Of a DNA stretch of 64,000 nucleotides, positions 1 through 12,800 are shown piece by piece. The stretch is from the NCBI GenBank assembly GCA_949358305.1, contig OX442314.1, forward strand, positions 10,168,001-10,232,000, read 5' to 3'. Every line of letters begins with the position of its first letter. Position 1 is the stretch's first letter. Position numbers and translations under genes: made by a program. Below the pieces are notes generated by a model, which searched no databases, was not told the origin of the DNA, and was given only the letters and a program-made list of their open reading frames with translations. The DNA comes from Strigamia acuminata (Eukaryota).

Positions 1-148
1 CGAACTTGAACCAATAGTTCAGTTCACTTTTCAAATTTTTTTTTAAAAAATTAAAACGTTTTTTTTTATGTTTTGTGGTATGCAGATGAAAAAAAACAAA
101 CTTTTTTTTGTAAAGCAGTCGTTTTCATTGCTTTTAATGATGAATACC

Positions 149-443
149 GGTTATAGTCATTTTAGCAACGCTCATTTTAGCGATTTTTACCAAATAAGTC
201 CCATTTTAGCGAACATGTCATTTTAGCGACACAAAAACCTAGGTTTTAGCGACAAGCCGGTTCAAAAAAGTGGTTTTTATCAAAAAACCAGTAAGGTTAG
301 GTTCGCGGGGGGTCAAGGGGGGGCGCAGCCCCCCCCTTGTTAGCCCTTCTTAGGAATTAAACCTAGGTTTTTGTGTCGCTAAAATGACATGTTCGCTAAA
401 ATGGTGTGTCGCTAAAATGAAATCGCTAAAATGATGTACATCC
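149..443. mobile_element. MITE with long inverted repeats and about 8-bp TSD (GG termini, Merlin-like, superfamily uncertain)
   Basis: Perfect inverted repeat 200-246 / 359-404, flanked by ATGAATAC at 140-147 and 444-451. Its core (CAGTAAGGTT..GGGGGCGCAGCCCCC..) recurs near 56250-56310, 57695-57745 and 58150-58190. Confidence 0.8.
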
Positions 444-606
444 ATGAATACGGCTGATTTTGCTGTTTCAGTTGTAAAAAGTGATCAAATTGAATGTTTT
501 GATGATGAAAACGTCATCAAAATGTCTAAAACCAATGCAAAAAGTTACGTTTTTGCAACGTTTTCATCATCAAACATGGTGAACGCGAACTTCGTGAGAT
601 TTGATC

Positions 607-810
607 AAGGGGTACGACATTTAACCGAATCTCTGACAAGGACTTCCGAATCCCGTTCTGGATCCCCGAAACTCCGAATCCCGAATCTTTACATTTTATA
701 AAGATTTTGAATTTTTTGTCGAAAATTGGACAAAAGCTAAAATAGTTTGGATTTTTTTATTAAAATAATCATCTAAATCTTTCCGAATCCCAACGGAATC
801 CCATCCCTCG
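607..810. mobile_element. hAT-like MITE, partial copy of the element at 35569-35799
   Basis: Reverse-complement similarity to 35620-35799 over about 200 bp. Confidence 0.7.
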
Positions 811-861
811 TAGTTTAGGTTGCAGCAGAGTAACTGCTAGGCCCCTTTGAATTTTTTTTAG

Positions 862-3800
862 GTTTTAACAACGCCACTTGGTTTCATCCGTAGGGTTTTG
901 AATCTCTGCACGTCTCGGATTGAGTTCAAGGTTAAGATTGATTGTGGGGAAAATGGAAATGGAGTTTTATTTATGGTGTTGGGATGGATCGATATTTTCA
1001 ATGGGGTATGATGCGCGCTGCAATTCGAATGGAAACTTATTTTTGATTTGGCTATAAATCGTTGCTGTTATTTATAAGTTGTTCGCTGTGACTGAATAAA
1101 ATGCTGAAATTAGTGAGTAGAGTTGCAGTTGGGTGTGGGGGAGGATCCAGAAAGCGTACAAGGGGGTGGCCATTTTGGTTCAATTTATTCACACACAAAA
1201 ATTGGACGTTTTGGACCAAAAAATGAATTGCTAGTTGTGATGTAATAACTTGATAACAATTGGAGCTTTCCTCGTATTGTAGTGACATCTATGAATCATA
1301 TGTATTATTGTACAAAAGAATAAATTCTCAGTTATAACTCAATTCTTGCATCAAACACGTCAGTCATCATCAACAATGTGAGAACAATACAGTGATCTGC
1401 CGCTGGTTGGATGCCATTTTGTACGTTGTACTTCCAGAGGTGTTTTTATTTATTTTTTGTTTAAAAGTAACAGGATTTTCTTTTTGAAATTTCATGTATT
1501 TTCATTAAACATCGTAACAAACGATTAAAAAAGAAAATGGATTCGGCGATCTAACTTGTGTAGCGGAATGCAGTGTTTGAATTAACAAGTATATCTATGC
1601 AGTTTGACCAATTACAGAATTGAATTTAATTAGATTTTAGGTTTATTATTTTCCATTTTTTTAAAACTAATTTTAAATCAAATTATTTAGAAATTTGATA
1701 GATTTTAAACATTGACAATGGAGCCTGGTTGGCTGTCTCTACTCAACAAATTGAGGTTTATTAACGGTTGGCGGTAATAAGAAGGGTAATATTGTCGGGA
1801 ATAAGAAGGGTAATATTGTCGGGAATAAGAAGGGTAATATTGTCGGGAATAATATGGGTTAGATTGTCGGGAATAATAAGGGTTATAATTATAGGCGTTA
1901 TAGGCGTAACTTGGATATCCACCTCCATGGGATCTGTAATAGTCATTGTAATCTGAAAAAGAAAACCATATGAAAAATGTGTGACCATACTTCTGCTGGT
2001 TTTGATTTATGTTTATATTTAATGTAAAGCCACTTTGGCAATGACCAATACAATGCATGTTCGATTAATTTTCGGAAGCATAAGGCTATACCTGTTTAGG
2101 GACAAGCAGTTTCTTGAATAGGAAATTTTTTTTCCAGTTTAATTTTTTTGTTGAAAAATTGTGACTCGCATGAAATTAATAGTCATTCGTTATTTATTTA
2201 GTTAATTAATGTAAATTGAAATTTTCTGCCCCTTAAGGCTCCAGCATAACTTTTAAGCTGGCTTTGCTGCATTAGTTAAAGGCGCTACAGCTAATGGCTT
2301 TTGGCTTTAACCAGTAGTGTTTAAAATCACCACCAGATGGTTCAAACCAAGAGGTATGATATACGGGTGGAATTTCGTACACCCTCTATAGCTTAGTACT
2401 CATAAGCAGTTTCCTATGTAGGAAACCAGAGCCCACAGAAATTTTGCCTACTGTAAAAGAGCCTTATACCAAAACAGGTACATTTTACCCTTATGTCTCC
2501 GAAGGTTAAAACAGTTCTCAACATAAAGTGATACGCATTAGGAATAGAAGTGTAAAAAATTACAACTCCTCTTGATTCCTGATAACACTTTTTGCCACCT
2601 TGGCCAACTTCATGCTGGGCGCACACATACCGCGATTTCGCAAGCGAAATCGGCCTGTGAATCGCGCGCAATGCTACACACATGTAGCTATTTCAGCTTT
2701 GCTATTTCAATGTTATGACGTCATTCCTGATCCGAAAAACCTACCCGCCATTTCATTTGAAAATGTTGATGAAATGACGTCATTTCTTACAGCTCACGGA
2801 TTGGCTGCGACATGAATCGCGGGCGAAAAAGTACTTGGGACAAGTACTATTTTCAAAAGTAGATTTCAAACCGGCACGAAGGAAATGACGTCATCTGCGC
2901 ATGCGCAATGGCGACGCGATGCGAAATCGCGGTGTGTGCGCGCCCAGCATCACTGTGCAAAATGATAAGGGTCACCATATGGTATCCATAAGGAGGACAT
3001 GTTCCTTTTTTCAATTGAAATGTAATTATTTTAATGTTAAATGTTTTCTTTAGTAATAAACGTTTATATGTTAAAATTTTTTTACTTTTAAATTTTAGAA
3101 CAGATTGTCCTCCATTTCAATTTTTTGCATATGCTAGCCCTTACTGCATAAAATTGATGCACAAATGTTCTTTTTAAGTGATAGAAGTGCAATTTTTTTT
3201 TTAGCAAACGTGCTTTACTACTGGCAGAATGGTAAAAAAAAGAATTTTAACCTTTGTATTGTGTCATTAATGTTGCATTGGGATTCAAATGCAGTCTTTT
3301 ACTTTTTAAAAAAAACATTTAAAGTGATTATCCTCTTATCTTTACCCACTAAACCAGTTTCTAAGGTAACAGGGGCAGAAAGTCAACAAATTGTCTAATT
3401 TAAAAGTAGAATCTTACAATCGCCACAGCTGCAAATGCTGGCCAAAGACACGAGGCAAAAGAGGATTAAAATTAGCTTCATTTGGACTGCGAAATAGAAG
3501 ATTTTTCATTATTGATTTGATATTTTGATTAAAATTAAATTATTATGTTTTATATAATTACTTTAAGTTGGGTTGAGACTGATGATACTTGCTGGCTGCT
3601 CAAATTTTTCAAGGCAATGTGCTGAAATGTCAGTGGTTGATGTACATTTATAGAAGAAATTGATTTTACAACATTTAATTTATTTATTTATATAATTAAT
3701 TAATTCTCTTTATCCTTACACTTGATTAAATACATCTATTCAATTGAGTGAAAGCTTCACTAATTAATTTTTTAAATTCAAACAAATAATAAAGAATAAA

Positions 3801-6800
3801 GTGTCAACAATTTTTCTAAATTTAATTTTATATTTGAGTTTTTTTTTAAATTTATAAAAATTTATGAAAATGTTAGAAATTCTTTAAATTTGCACCATTA
3901 CACTAGAGGTATGAGAGGTTAGAGTGGATGGAGGATGGGATAAAGGAATAAAATGAATGAGGGTAAAGTAGCTGTGCAAATTGTTTAAATTTGACACTTA
4001 GTGATATTGTAAATGGAAAAATTTAAAGTGGTCCATTTGATGTTTCCAGATGAGTCATTTCCAACATAAAATTGCACTTTCCTTCCTTTATTTAATTTAC
4101 CGTATTTTATCGAGTAAGAGCCGCGGCTCTTATTCAAAACTGCCACTTTCAGTCGCAGCTATTAATCGAGTGCGGCTCTTATTTTAAATAGTGGCCGATA
4201 GCTCAATGTTACGCTCTTATTCGAGGGCGGCTCTTATATCAAATTGCCTCTTTCAGTCGCGGCTTTTATTCGAGGGCGACTCTTAATCGGTAAAATTTTG
4301 AAGAGAATTTAGGGGGAGATCGATTTGAGAGTTGTTGTGTTTCTTGCTATGGATATTGGATATCAAAAAAAAATTTCCAAAAATGAGTGAAAATGATTTT
4401 ACTCTTTGAGTATTTCATGTTTATAAAGAAATTTAAACAATTTGGTATTTGTCAAAAGAGAGCGACAAAAATAATTGACATTGTATTCAAAAGTAGTGAG
4501 TAAACAAGAATTTTTGAAATTTTTTTTTCAATTTTTAAATCTATTTTTTTTTTTTTTTTTTGTTATGATGTTAAATGAAAATAAATAAAATTTCAGAATG
4601 AAAATTCCAATAGTTTTCGAGAAAAAAAATAAAAATACTTTTGTAGTGAGGAGGGTCAAAAAAATTACAGAAGTGGGAAAATCCCTGTAATTCTTTTTTT
4701 CCTGAAAATTAATTATCGAGGTTAACTTTTATTCCTCAAAAACTTTTTTTTCTTATTTTATAATGTCTAAATACGAATAGTATTTCAATTATTATTAAGA
4801 TAATTTAATATTTATAACATAAAACACCCTTAATGGGAGCACCGTACACCGCTTTGCCATCTGTTTGCACTAGGTGGCGTATTAAAATTGGTCCTAAAAC
4901 GTGCTTTTACCAGGAAAAATGCGATTGCACCAGGAAAAATGCGATTGTGCACATGTGCAGAAGGATTTTTGAAAAGAAGGCAGAAATGACCGACCATGAC
5001 TGCACATGTGTAGTAACAGCCATGGCTATGGGAAGGTTAAACTAATTCACAGGGTTACTGAAATTTGGTAACTAGTTACCATTACTATTACTTGGCAAAA
5101 AAAGTAACTAGTTACCAACCGTTACCGTTACATTTTAGGTAGCTACGTTACCATTATCGTTAAATTTTAGGTAGCTACGTTACCATTATCATTACATGTT
5201 AGGTAGCTACGTTACCATTATCGTTACATTTACGTTACTAGACCGTTACATTTACGTTACTAGACCGTTACATTTACGTTACTAGACCGTTATGTTTACG
5301 TTACTAGACCGTTACGTTTACGTTACTAGATCGTTACGTTTACGTTATCCCCTACCGCTGTTCGGATAACCGGTGTTCCAATAATAATGTAGCTAAAATG
5401 TTTTTGCTACATTATGTAGCAAAAACGTTTCCTGTACAAATGTAACGGTAACGTAACGTTTACTAAACGTTCGTTACTGCAAAAAAAGGAACGAATTACC
5501 GTTACAGTACATTGGCCAAAATAAGTAACGCGTAATAAGTAATAAGTAACATGTACGTATCAATTTTTACCTTTCTTTTAAAACATGTATCGTGTACGTA
5601 TGCTTGCGTTCGGAAAACTGAGGACTTCGCCAAAATTACTAATTACAATTCATTTACATCAAGAACTCTTTGAAATGGCATTAAGTTGTTATTTAACACC
5701 TGATTTCACTCGAATAAATTTTTTTATTCTGCATATTTTTATTTTTATTTTGCATAAAATGGACTTGTTGGTGCATATTTTATGCGCATAAAACAAATTT
5801 TATTTTGCATAAATATCCGGGGTTTAGTAATAAGTCACGAAGTTTTTGTCATTCCCGTTCCGCCTTCATGCGTTTAACTTCTTTAAACCAGTCTAAACGT
5901 ATATTTTAGACAGCCTTTTTAACAAAAACTTTTTTTATAGTAAGTAAATAGTTTGATAAAACTAATTTTTCTATTCTTTTGTTAGGCAAATAATCGGCTA
6001 ATCGATACTCAAGAAAGAGCAACAACACCTCCGTATAAATCTCATTCTTCACTTGTTCATTTACCACAACTGCAATTCACATCTGATGTAAGTTGGAACT
6101 TCAAAGCCAGCTCCCCATTAATTTACATCTAAAACCAAGAGCAAAGTTGACGCCGTTAAAAGCACTCCCTAATTTCCAATTAATCACGTCCACGGGGACG
6201 TGATTTATTGCTGACTAAAAATTTCCAAGTAAATCGAAAGAGTGTAAAGTGAATTGGCTTTGAATTGGATACATCGGGGTTCAAGTACAAAAGCGGGTAT
6301 GTGGATAACGAGGGGGTTATTTATTATTTATTTAATTTCAAACACTCCAATGGAGTAAATACAGTGTGGAAAAAAAATTAAGCATTGTTTTGAACTTTTA
6401 AAACGTGAGTGTGCAGTCGTTTACGGATGTGCTTGCAATGGAAACGGCAACGAGACGCAGAACAGTCAAGGACCGAGGATCTGACATCATACGGAAGATC
6501 GTTCCAGAGTGACGTACACCGATAGGTTAGCTTATCTGTATTATGATTGGAATCCAAGATGGCTGCTTCCAAAATTCTTTTTAAGGATTTAGAAACGACT
6601 GGAGTGTCGTCTTGGTTAAAAGATTATGGTAATTGGATTTTGGATTTTGGAATGGATGGAGTAATGCGACAACGGGTGATGTCTAGTTTGTCGAATTTTA
6701 ATCCTGCTTTTAAATTTTCGGTGAGATGAGAATTCCCATTTGGAGTACACATTGTGAGGTGCCTTTTTGAGTGCAACTCGAGTATAGATGTAGTTCTACG

Positions 6801-9800
6801 TCAAAATCAAATCAAGTACTGTATTTTATCGATTGAGAGCCGCGGCTTTTATTCAAAACTGCCATTTTTGTCAGCAATTACAATTTCGGTTTTTCGTTTG
6901 TTACATTGTGATATAACGAATTATCGATATAACGAATAGCTAAAAATGGCTGGTTTGGTTGGCTGGCCATAGAACACCATGTTAAAAAATTTCGATGTAA
7001 CGAATTCTCGTTATAACGAATCGATTTTTCCGATCTTTTGCGATTCGTTATAAAGAGTTTCGACTGTATTTCCAAAACCAACCAAAATCCTGGGGACTGC
7101 TACGTGCTATAATATTCAGCTAGTGTAAAATGAAAAAAAAACCCGATTTTTTCTGCAGGGATATGTTTCGTGAACACAAAAAAGGAAATTGAAAAAAAAG
7201 AAGTAATCCTGACTTGTAATTTGCTGGACCAATCATTTTTTCCTCCTTTTTTTTATCCAATACTTTGTGATCTAATCCAACAAAGTAAATTCTTGAAAAG
7301 GAATGATGAAAGATTTTTTTTCTTTCCACTTCTTGTGATCAATAAATTGACCTGCAGGCTCCCAATGCTGTGGTCCCAGTGGAAATTGAACATTTTCCCA
7401 TATTTATTGATAATAGTTTCTGGAATTTGAGTTATTGTTTAAAAATAGAAGTTAAATTGTATTTCCCAGAAATGTCAAAGAAAAGATATTGCAGACATAA
7501 CCGTAACTGTTGTAATGTCAAGTTGAACGGATTTTAAAGGTCATACCATGTCTGATAAATTGTTTCAATTTTAATGAAAGGTACGAAATAGACCTGAATT
7601 TTGCAGAATCTTTTATGATATCGACAGATCTGCGTATTGGTTACGAGCAGTGCTAAAACATGAAAAAAAGAACACGTTGTTGCTTATGCTTTTTGGTTGA
7701 CCGGCAGAGGCGTAAGTTTTGCCAATTTTTAGTAAGCTGATTCGGGATTAGGGTTTCTCCAATCGGAACTTTTGGTAAAACTGGTATTTCGGTATTCAAT
7801 ATTCAAAAAACCGGTAAATCGGTATTTCGGTATTCAATATTCAAAAAACTGGTAATTCGGTATTTTTCGGTAATTAAGTAAAATAAAATAGCTACAATGT
7901 TAAATATTTTTATTTTAATCATGTTTTAATTGTAATTTTTGTTTATTTTTTTTTTAAATATTATTTTGAATGAGTTATAGCAGTTTGATGAATGTGGGGT
8001 TGTTATGTTATCATGTGCTGGTTTTATTAGTTGAAATTGAAATTTTTTTTTTTAATTGATAAATTGAGAGTTTATAAAATTTTTAAGTTAAAAAATAGAT
8101 GTATTCTCAATTTTATGTGGAAAAAAATTGATTAATTTCTAATTTTTACTTATAAAAATTGAAAAATTCACATTTTTAAGTTAAAAAATGGATAACTTCG
8201 CATTTTTATGTTTAAAAAAATGCCATTCAACGTGCGTTATAAATGTCACTATCGCAGCAACCCTTAACGGAAGAAACCGGTACCAATACCAAACTAAAGT
8301 CGGTATTCGGTATTTTCTTAAAAAATACCGGTTTTTGATACCAGTTAAATACCGGTAGAGAAACCCTACAATGTCGTTACATTGGGAGCTTTGTGTTAGT
8401 CAGAAACTGAGTAAAAATGGTGGCTTTCCGGTGAGTGCTTTGGTTACGGAAGCAACAAGGTGAAGCTTATTTTTCCACTGTTCAGACGCTGAAAGGTTGA
8501 ATTTACTGTAATGTGTTTTTAAGTAACGAGCATGGAGTATTACTTATTGCAATGACGTCAATCCTTTAGCAAAATCCAATAAAACAATATATTGAAGTAA
8601 GGTGCAATGCAATGCAGTTAAGACCATCTGAGGTCCCGAAGGGGAAGTGGCTGCTGTGAAAAAATGAGTCCATCAATGTTAACCAAAAGCATACACTTGG
8701 TTACAAAAAATTAACATCGGGCAAAATATCAGGGAATCGGAGTGGTGTGTGCTTCTTACGAGAAAGAAATACATTTAAGCAACAGGATTTTGAAGTGGAT
8801 GAAGAGAATTGTACTTTTTAGACGAGGAAAGGCACATTTTTAGATGGTAAATGCATATTTAGATAGAAAATGTACTTCTTTAGGTAGAAAATGCACTTTT
8901 ATGTACGAAAATGCACATTTTTAGATGTAAAATGCACATTTTTAGATGTAAAATGCACATTTTTAGATGTAAAATGCACATTTTTAGATGTAAAATGCAC
9001 ATTTTTAGATGTAAAATGCACATTTTTAGATGTAAAATGCACATTTTTAGATGTAAAATGCACATTTTTAGATGTAAAATGCACATTTTTAGATGTAAAA
9101 TGCACATTTTTAGATGTAAAATGCACATTTTTAGATGTAAAATGCACATTTTTAGATGTAAAATGCACATTTTTAGATGTAAAATGCACATTTTTAGATG
9201 TAAAATGCACATTTTTAGATGTAAAATGCACATTTTTAGATGTAAAATGCACATTTTTAGATGTAAAATGCACATTTTTAGATGTAAAATGCACATTTTT
9301 AGATGTAAAATGCACATTTTTAGATGTAAAATGCACATTTTTAGATGTAAAATGCACATTTTTAGATGTAAAATGCACATTTTTAGATGTAAAATGCACA
9401 TTTTTAGATGTAAAATGCACATTTTTAGATGTAAAATGCACATTTTTAGATGTAAAATGCACATTTTTAGATGTAAAATGCACATTTTTAGATGTAAAAT
9501 GCAATTTATTGTGAAAAAATTTAATTTTTTTGTGTAAAAATGCAATTTTTTCGTGTAAAAATGCAATTTTTTTGTGTAAAAATGAAATTTTTTGTTCAAA
9601 ATGCAATTTTTTTTGTAAGAACGCAATTATTAGCTTAAAAAAATGGAAATTTTAGACTGGAAAATGCAATATTTATGTGGAAAGGTTAGGGGCACTGAAA
9701 TGTTTATGTAAAGCATTAGTTTTTGTGGTGAAAGTTTGTAAAGCACTGTAAACAGATTTGTATGATTTATATTTCGTCGTAATCTATTATTAATAATTTG

Positions 9801-12800
9801 TCTATTGACACGATTGCTGTGCACTCGTATTCACATAGCCGCAAGTCATTAAAGGCGAATGGAGCTGGAATTCTCTGATAAAATATTAATTGCCGTTCTG
9901 GTTATGAAAGATATATAATTTATTTTTAGGTTATAAGGTCAGCGAGGTTGCATCGAGCGAAAAGTCCTCCGCGAGTGGGCGTTGCGAGGAGTAAACACAC
10001 TCGGATTCCGCCATCTTCTCGTTTAGCCGCAATCGCTCGGTAGGGACATTTTTTTCGTTTTTATTTTTATTACTCCGTATTTGATTTGATTATTTTAGCT
10101 TAAGTTTTGTAGTTCACATGTTTTCGTTGTTGAATTTATTGTTGATGTTGTTTATAATTTGATTGTGGTTAATTTTTATAAAAATTGAATTTGAAAGGAG
10201 AAATGAGGTAAAGTATGTATTAGGCCTGTTTTGAATTGACAGAAAACGTTTTAAGTAAGTTGGTTTGACATTAAATTTCGAATTTTAACTACGGTATTAC
10301 GCATAAAACGTTGGATTTCGAATTTCTTCATTGATTGTTGACTTTGAAACGTCGAATTTTAATCCGAAAATGATATTTTCACCTATAAAAAGTCGAATTT
10401 TAATCCGAAAATGATATTTTCACCCATAAAAAGTCGAATTTTTAGGTAAAAACACGTTAAAACATCGAATTTTTAGGTAAAAACACGTTAAAACATCCAA
10501 TTTTTAGGTAAAAACACGTTAAAACATCGAATTTTTAGGTAAAAACACGTTAAAACATCGAATTTTTAGGTAAAAACACGTTAAAACATCGAATTTTTAC
10601 GTTAAAACCGAATTTTTACGTGAAAACGTTGAATTTTTACGTTGAAACATCGAATTTTCACGTAAAAACGTTGAATTTTTACGTTGAAACATCGAATTTT
10701 CACGTTAAAACATTGAATTTTCCGGTGAAAACGTTGAATTTTTACGTTGAAACGTCGAGTTTTAATAGTTAAAATGTCTAATTGTAACAAAATCAAGCTT
10801 AAAACGTCGAATTTTAACATAAAAGTCTTTAAAACCGTGAAGTTTAATGGTAACAATTTAATTTCAGCTTTAATTGAGCTTAAAACATGTTTTGAAACGG
10901 GTCTACTTAATTTATCAGAACATAAAAACGCTAGCAACCTTTGCTAATCTAAGAAAAAATATATATACATTACGCTTGATTAGCAACAAATAATTACTGT
11001 TGAAATTGACAAGAATTCTTTTCAAAATCCACCACACAAACATCAAATATTGCATCCAACTTTAAAAACCTTCCATTTAGACCTAAAAGCTCAATTTCAG
11101 ACAAATGAATAAATGATAAATGCTCTAATTCAGGCTTAAAAACAACTTTCACACAAAAAAATTGGCTCTGAACAAAACGCTGGGTACACCTAAAATGAGA
11201 TTTCCTGGAATGATTAATTAAATTTGTAAAAATAATTTATTACGTCATCAATTTTAAAAATTAAGCATTAGATTACAAAAAGTAACTAGAAAAATAATTA
11301 AGATTTGTCACAGATCATAAATTAAGCTGGGTGTCTTCTAGCGCTAAAAACCAAAAGCGCGACACAATATATCGCGGATCCTTGCACATAAGCATATCTT
11401 TTTTTCTGAAATCATTAAATATTACGGAGTAGGTGGGTTCAAGGAAATCTGATTTTAACTTTGAATGACCTTAAAATTTTCCAAAATCCAACTAGTCGCG
11501 TTTAATCTTAAATGGATTTTGCCGATTTCGGGAGACCGGAAGTGACGGTTTTTACGTCATAAACAGCAAAATCGGTTTTCATGAAATCCGATTTCGGAAA
11601 GCGACGTACGAGTATAGGGTCGCTTTCCTTGATTTTGTTGATTTCCAAGTTGATTTTCAGCCATCTTGAATTGCACATAGAGCGATCAGAGCAATTGGAA
11701 AAATTGCAATTGCAATTGGGAAAATCATGATATTTCGGTCGCGTTTGAGCTCTTGAACGCAGCCGACTCTGTTTAAACGTCCCGCATGGCAAAATCGTGA
11801 TATTTCGGCCGACTGTTTAAATGTTCCGCATTGCATACAGGAAGTTGATCCCATGGTTCACATTGCGCATGTGCAGCAGTTAGATTTTGGGAAATTTTAA
11901 GGTTGTTCAAAGTTAAAATCCGATTTCCTTGATTTCTGAAAATCCATTTAAGATTGAATGCACCTACTGTTGCACATGCGCAATTTGAATTGTTTGATAA
12001 TTTCTTGTTTGCCCAATCAAACGCGGCTGAAATATCGCGATTCGAGAGAGCTGTGAAATCCACTTTGAAATCAAGAAAAGTGACCTGACCCGTGGATTTC
12101 CCAAAATCGGATTTTCTGAAATCGGATTAGGTTTTTATGACGTAAAAAACGTCACTTCCGGTCTCCCGAAATCACAAAAATCAGCGAAATCAGCGAAATC
12201 TATTTAAGATTGAACGCGAACCAAAAGCATGAGAAATGACAATCTGATTATTTGCGGACAACAGGCAGACACTTCTTTCTGATTGATCTAGTAACTCTTC
12301 CTGGTTTCGTAAAACCTAGAAATAAACGAAATAGTTATATTTGTGACACAACTAATTCACAATCAATGTTATGTTGGAAAAATGCATTAAACAATGTCAA
12401 ATAATAACAAATATTACGGAAAAGCGAAACTTTTTATTCTGAAATTTTTAATTTAAATTTTTAATTAGAACAAGATTTGTCCTGCTGTTACTCTCTCTCT
12501 CTCTCTCTCTCTCTTCTGTCCAGAGACTGAACCCTAATAAATTAGTTTGAAACGCATTTTTATCGTTTCAGGAGAACATCAAGCAACTCTCTGACCCCGC
12601 TGCCACTCGCTACCGGCTCAAGTGTCACTTTGTCATCGCAGGATCCTTATTACGAGGAGACCGGAGAGGTGGACATATATGAAGTTCTTTTCTCTTCTTT
12701 TCACGCTCATATTAGCTCCTTAAATAACACTTGCCTTTATGTTTGCTCGCTCACTCGAAAGCTCTCGGGGGGAAAGCAAACCAGATTTCTTCTTTTCCTG

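Noticed and set aside
8880..9626. Four 200-250 aa ORFs on both strands
   Set aside because: They are translations of a stop-free 21-bp minisatellite, not genes.
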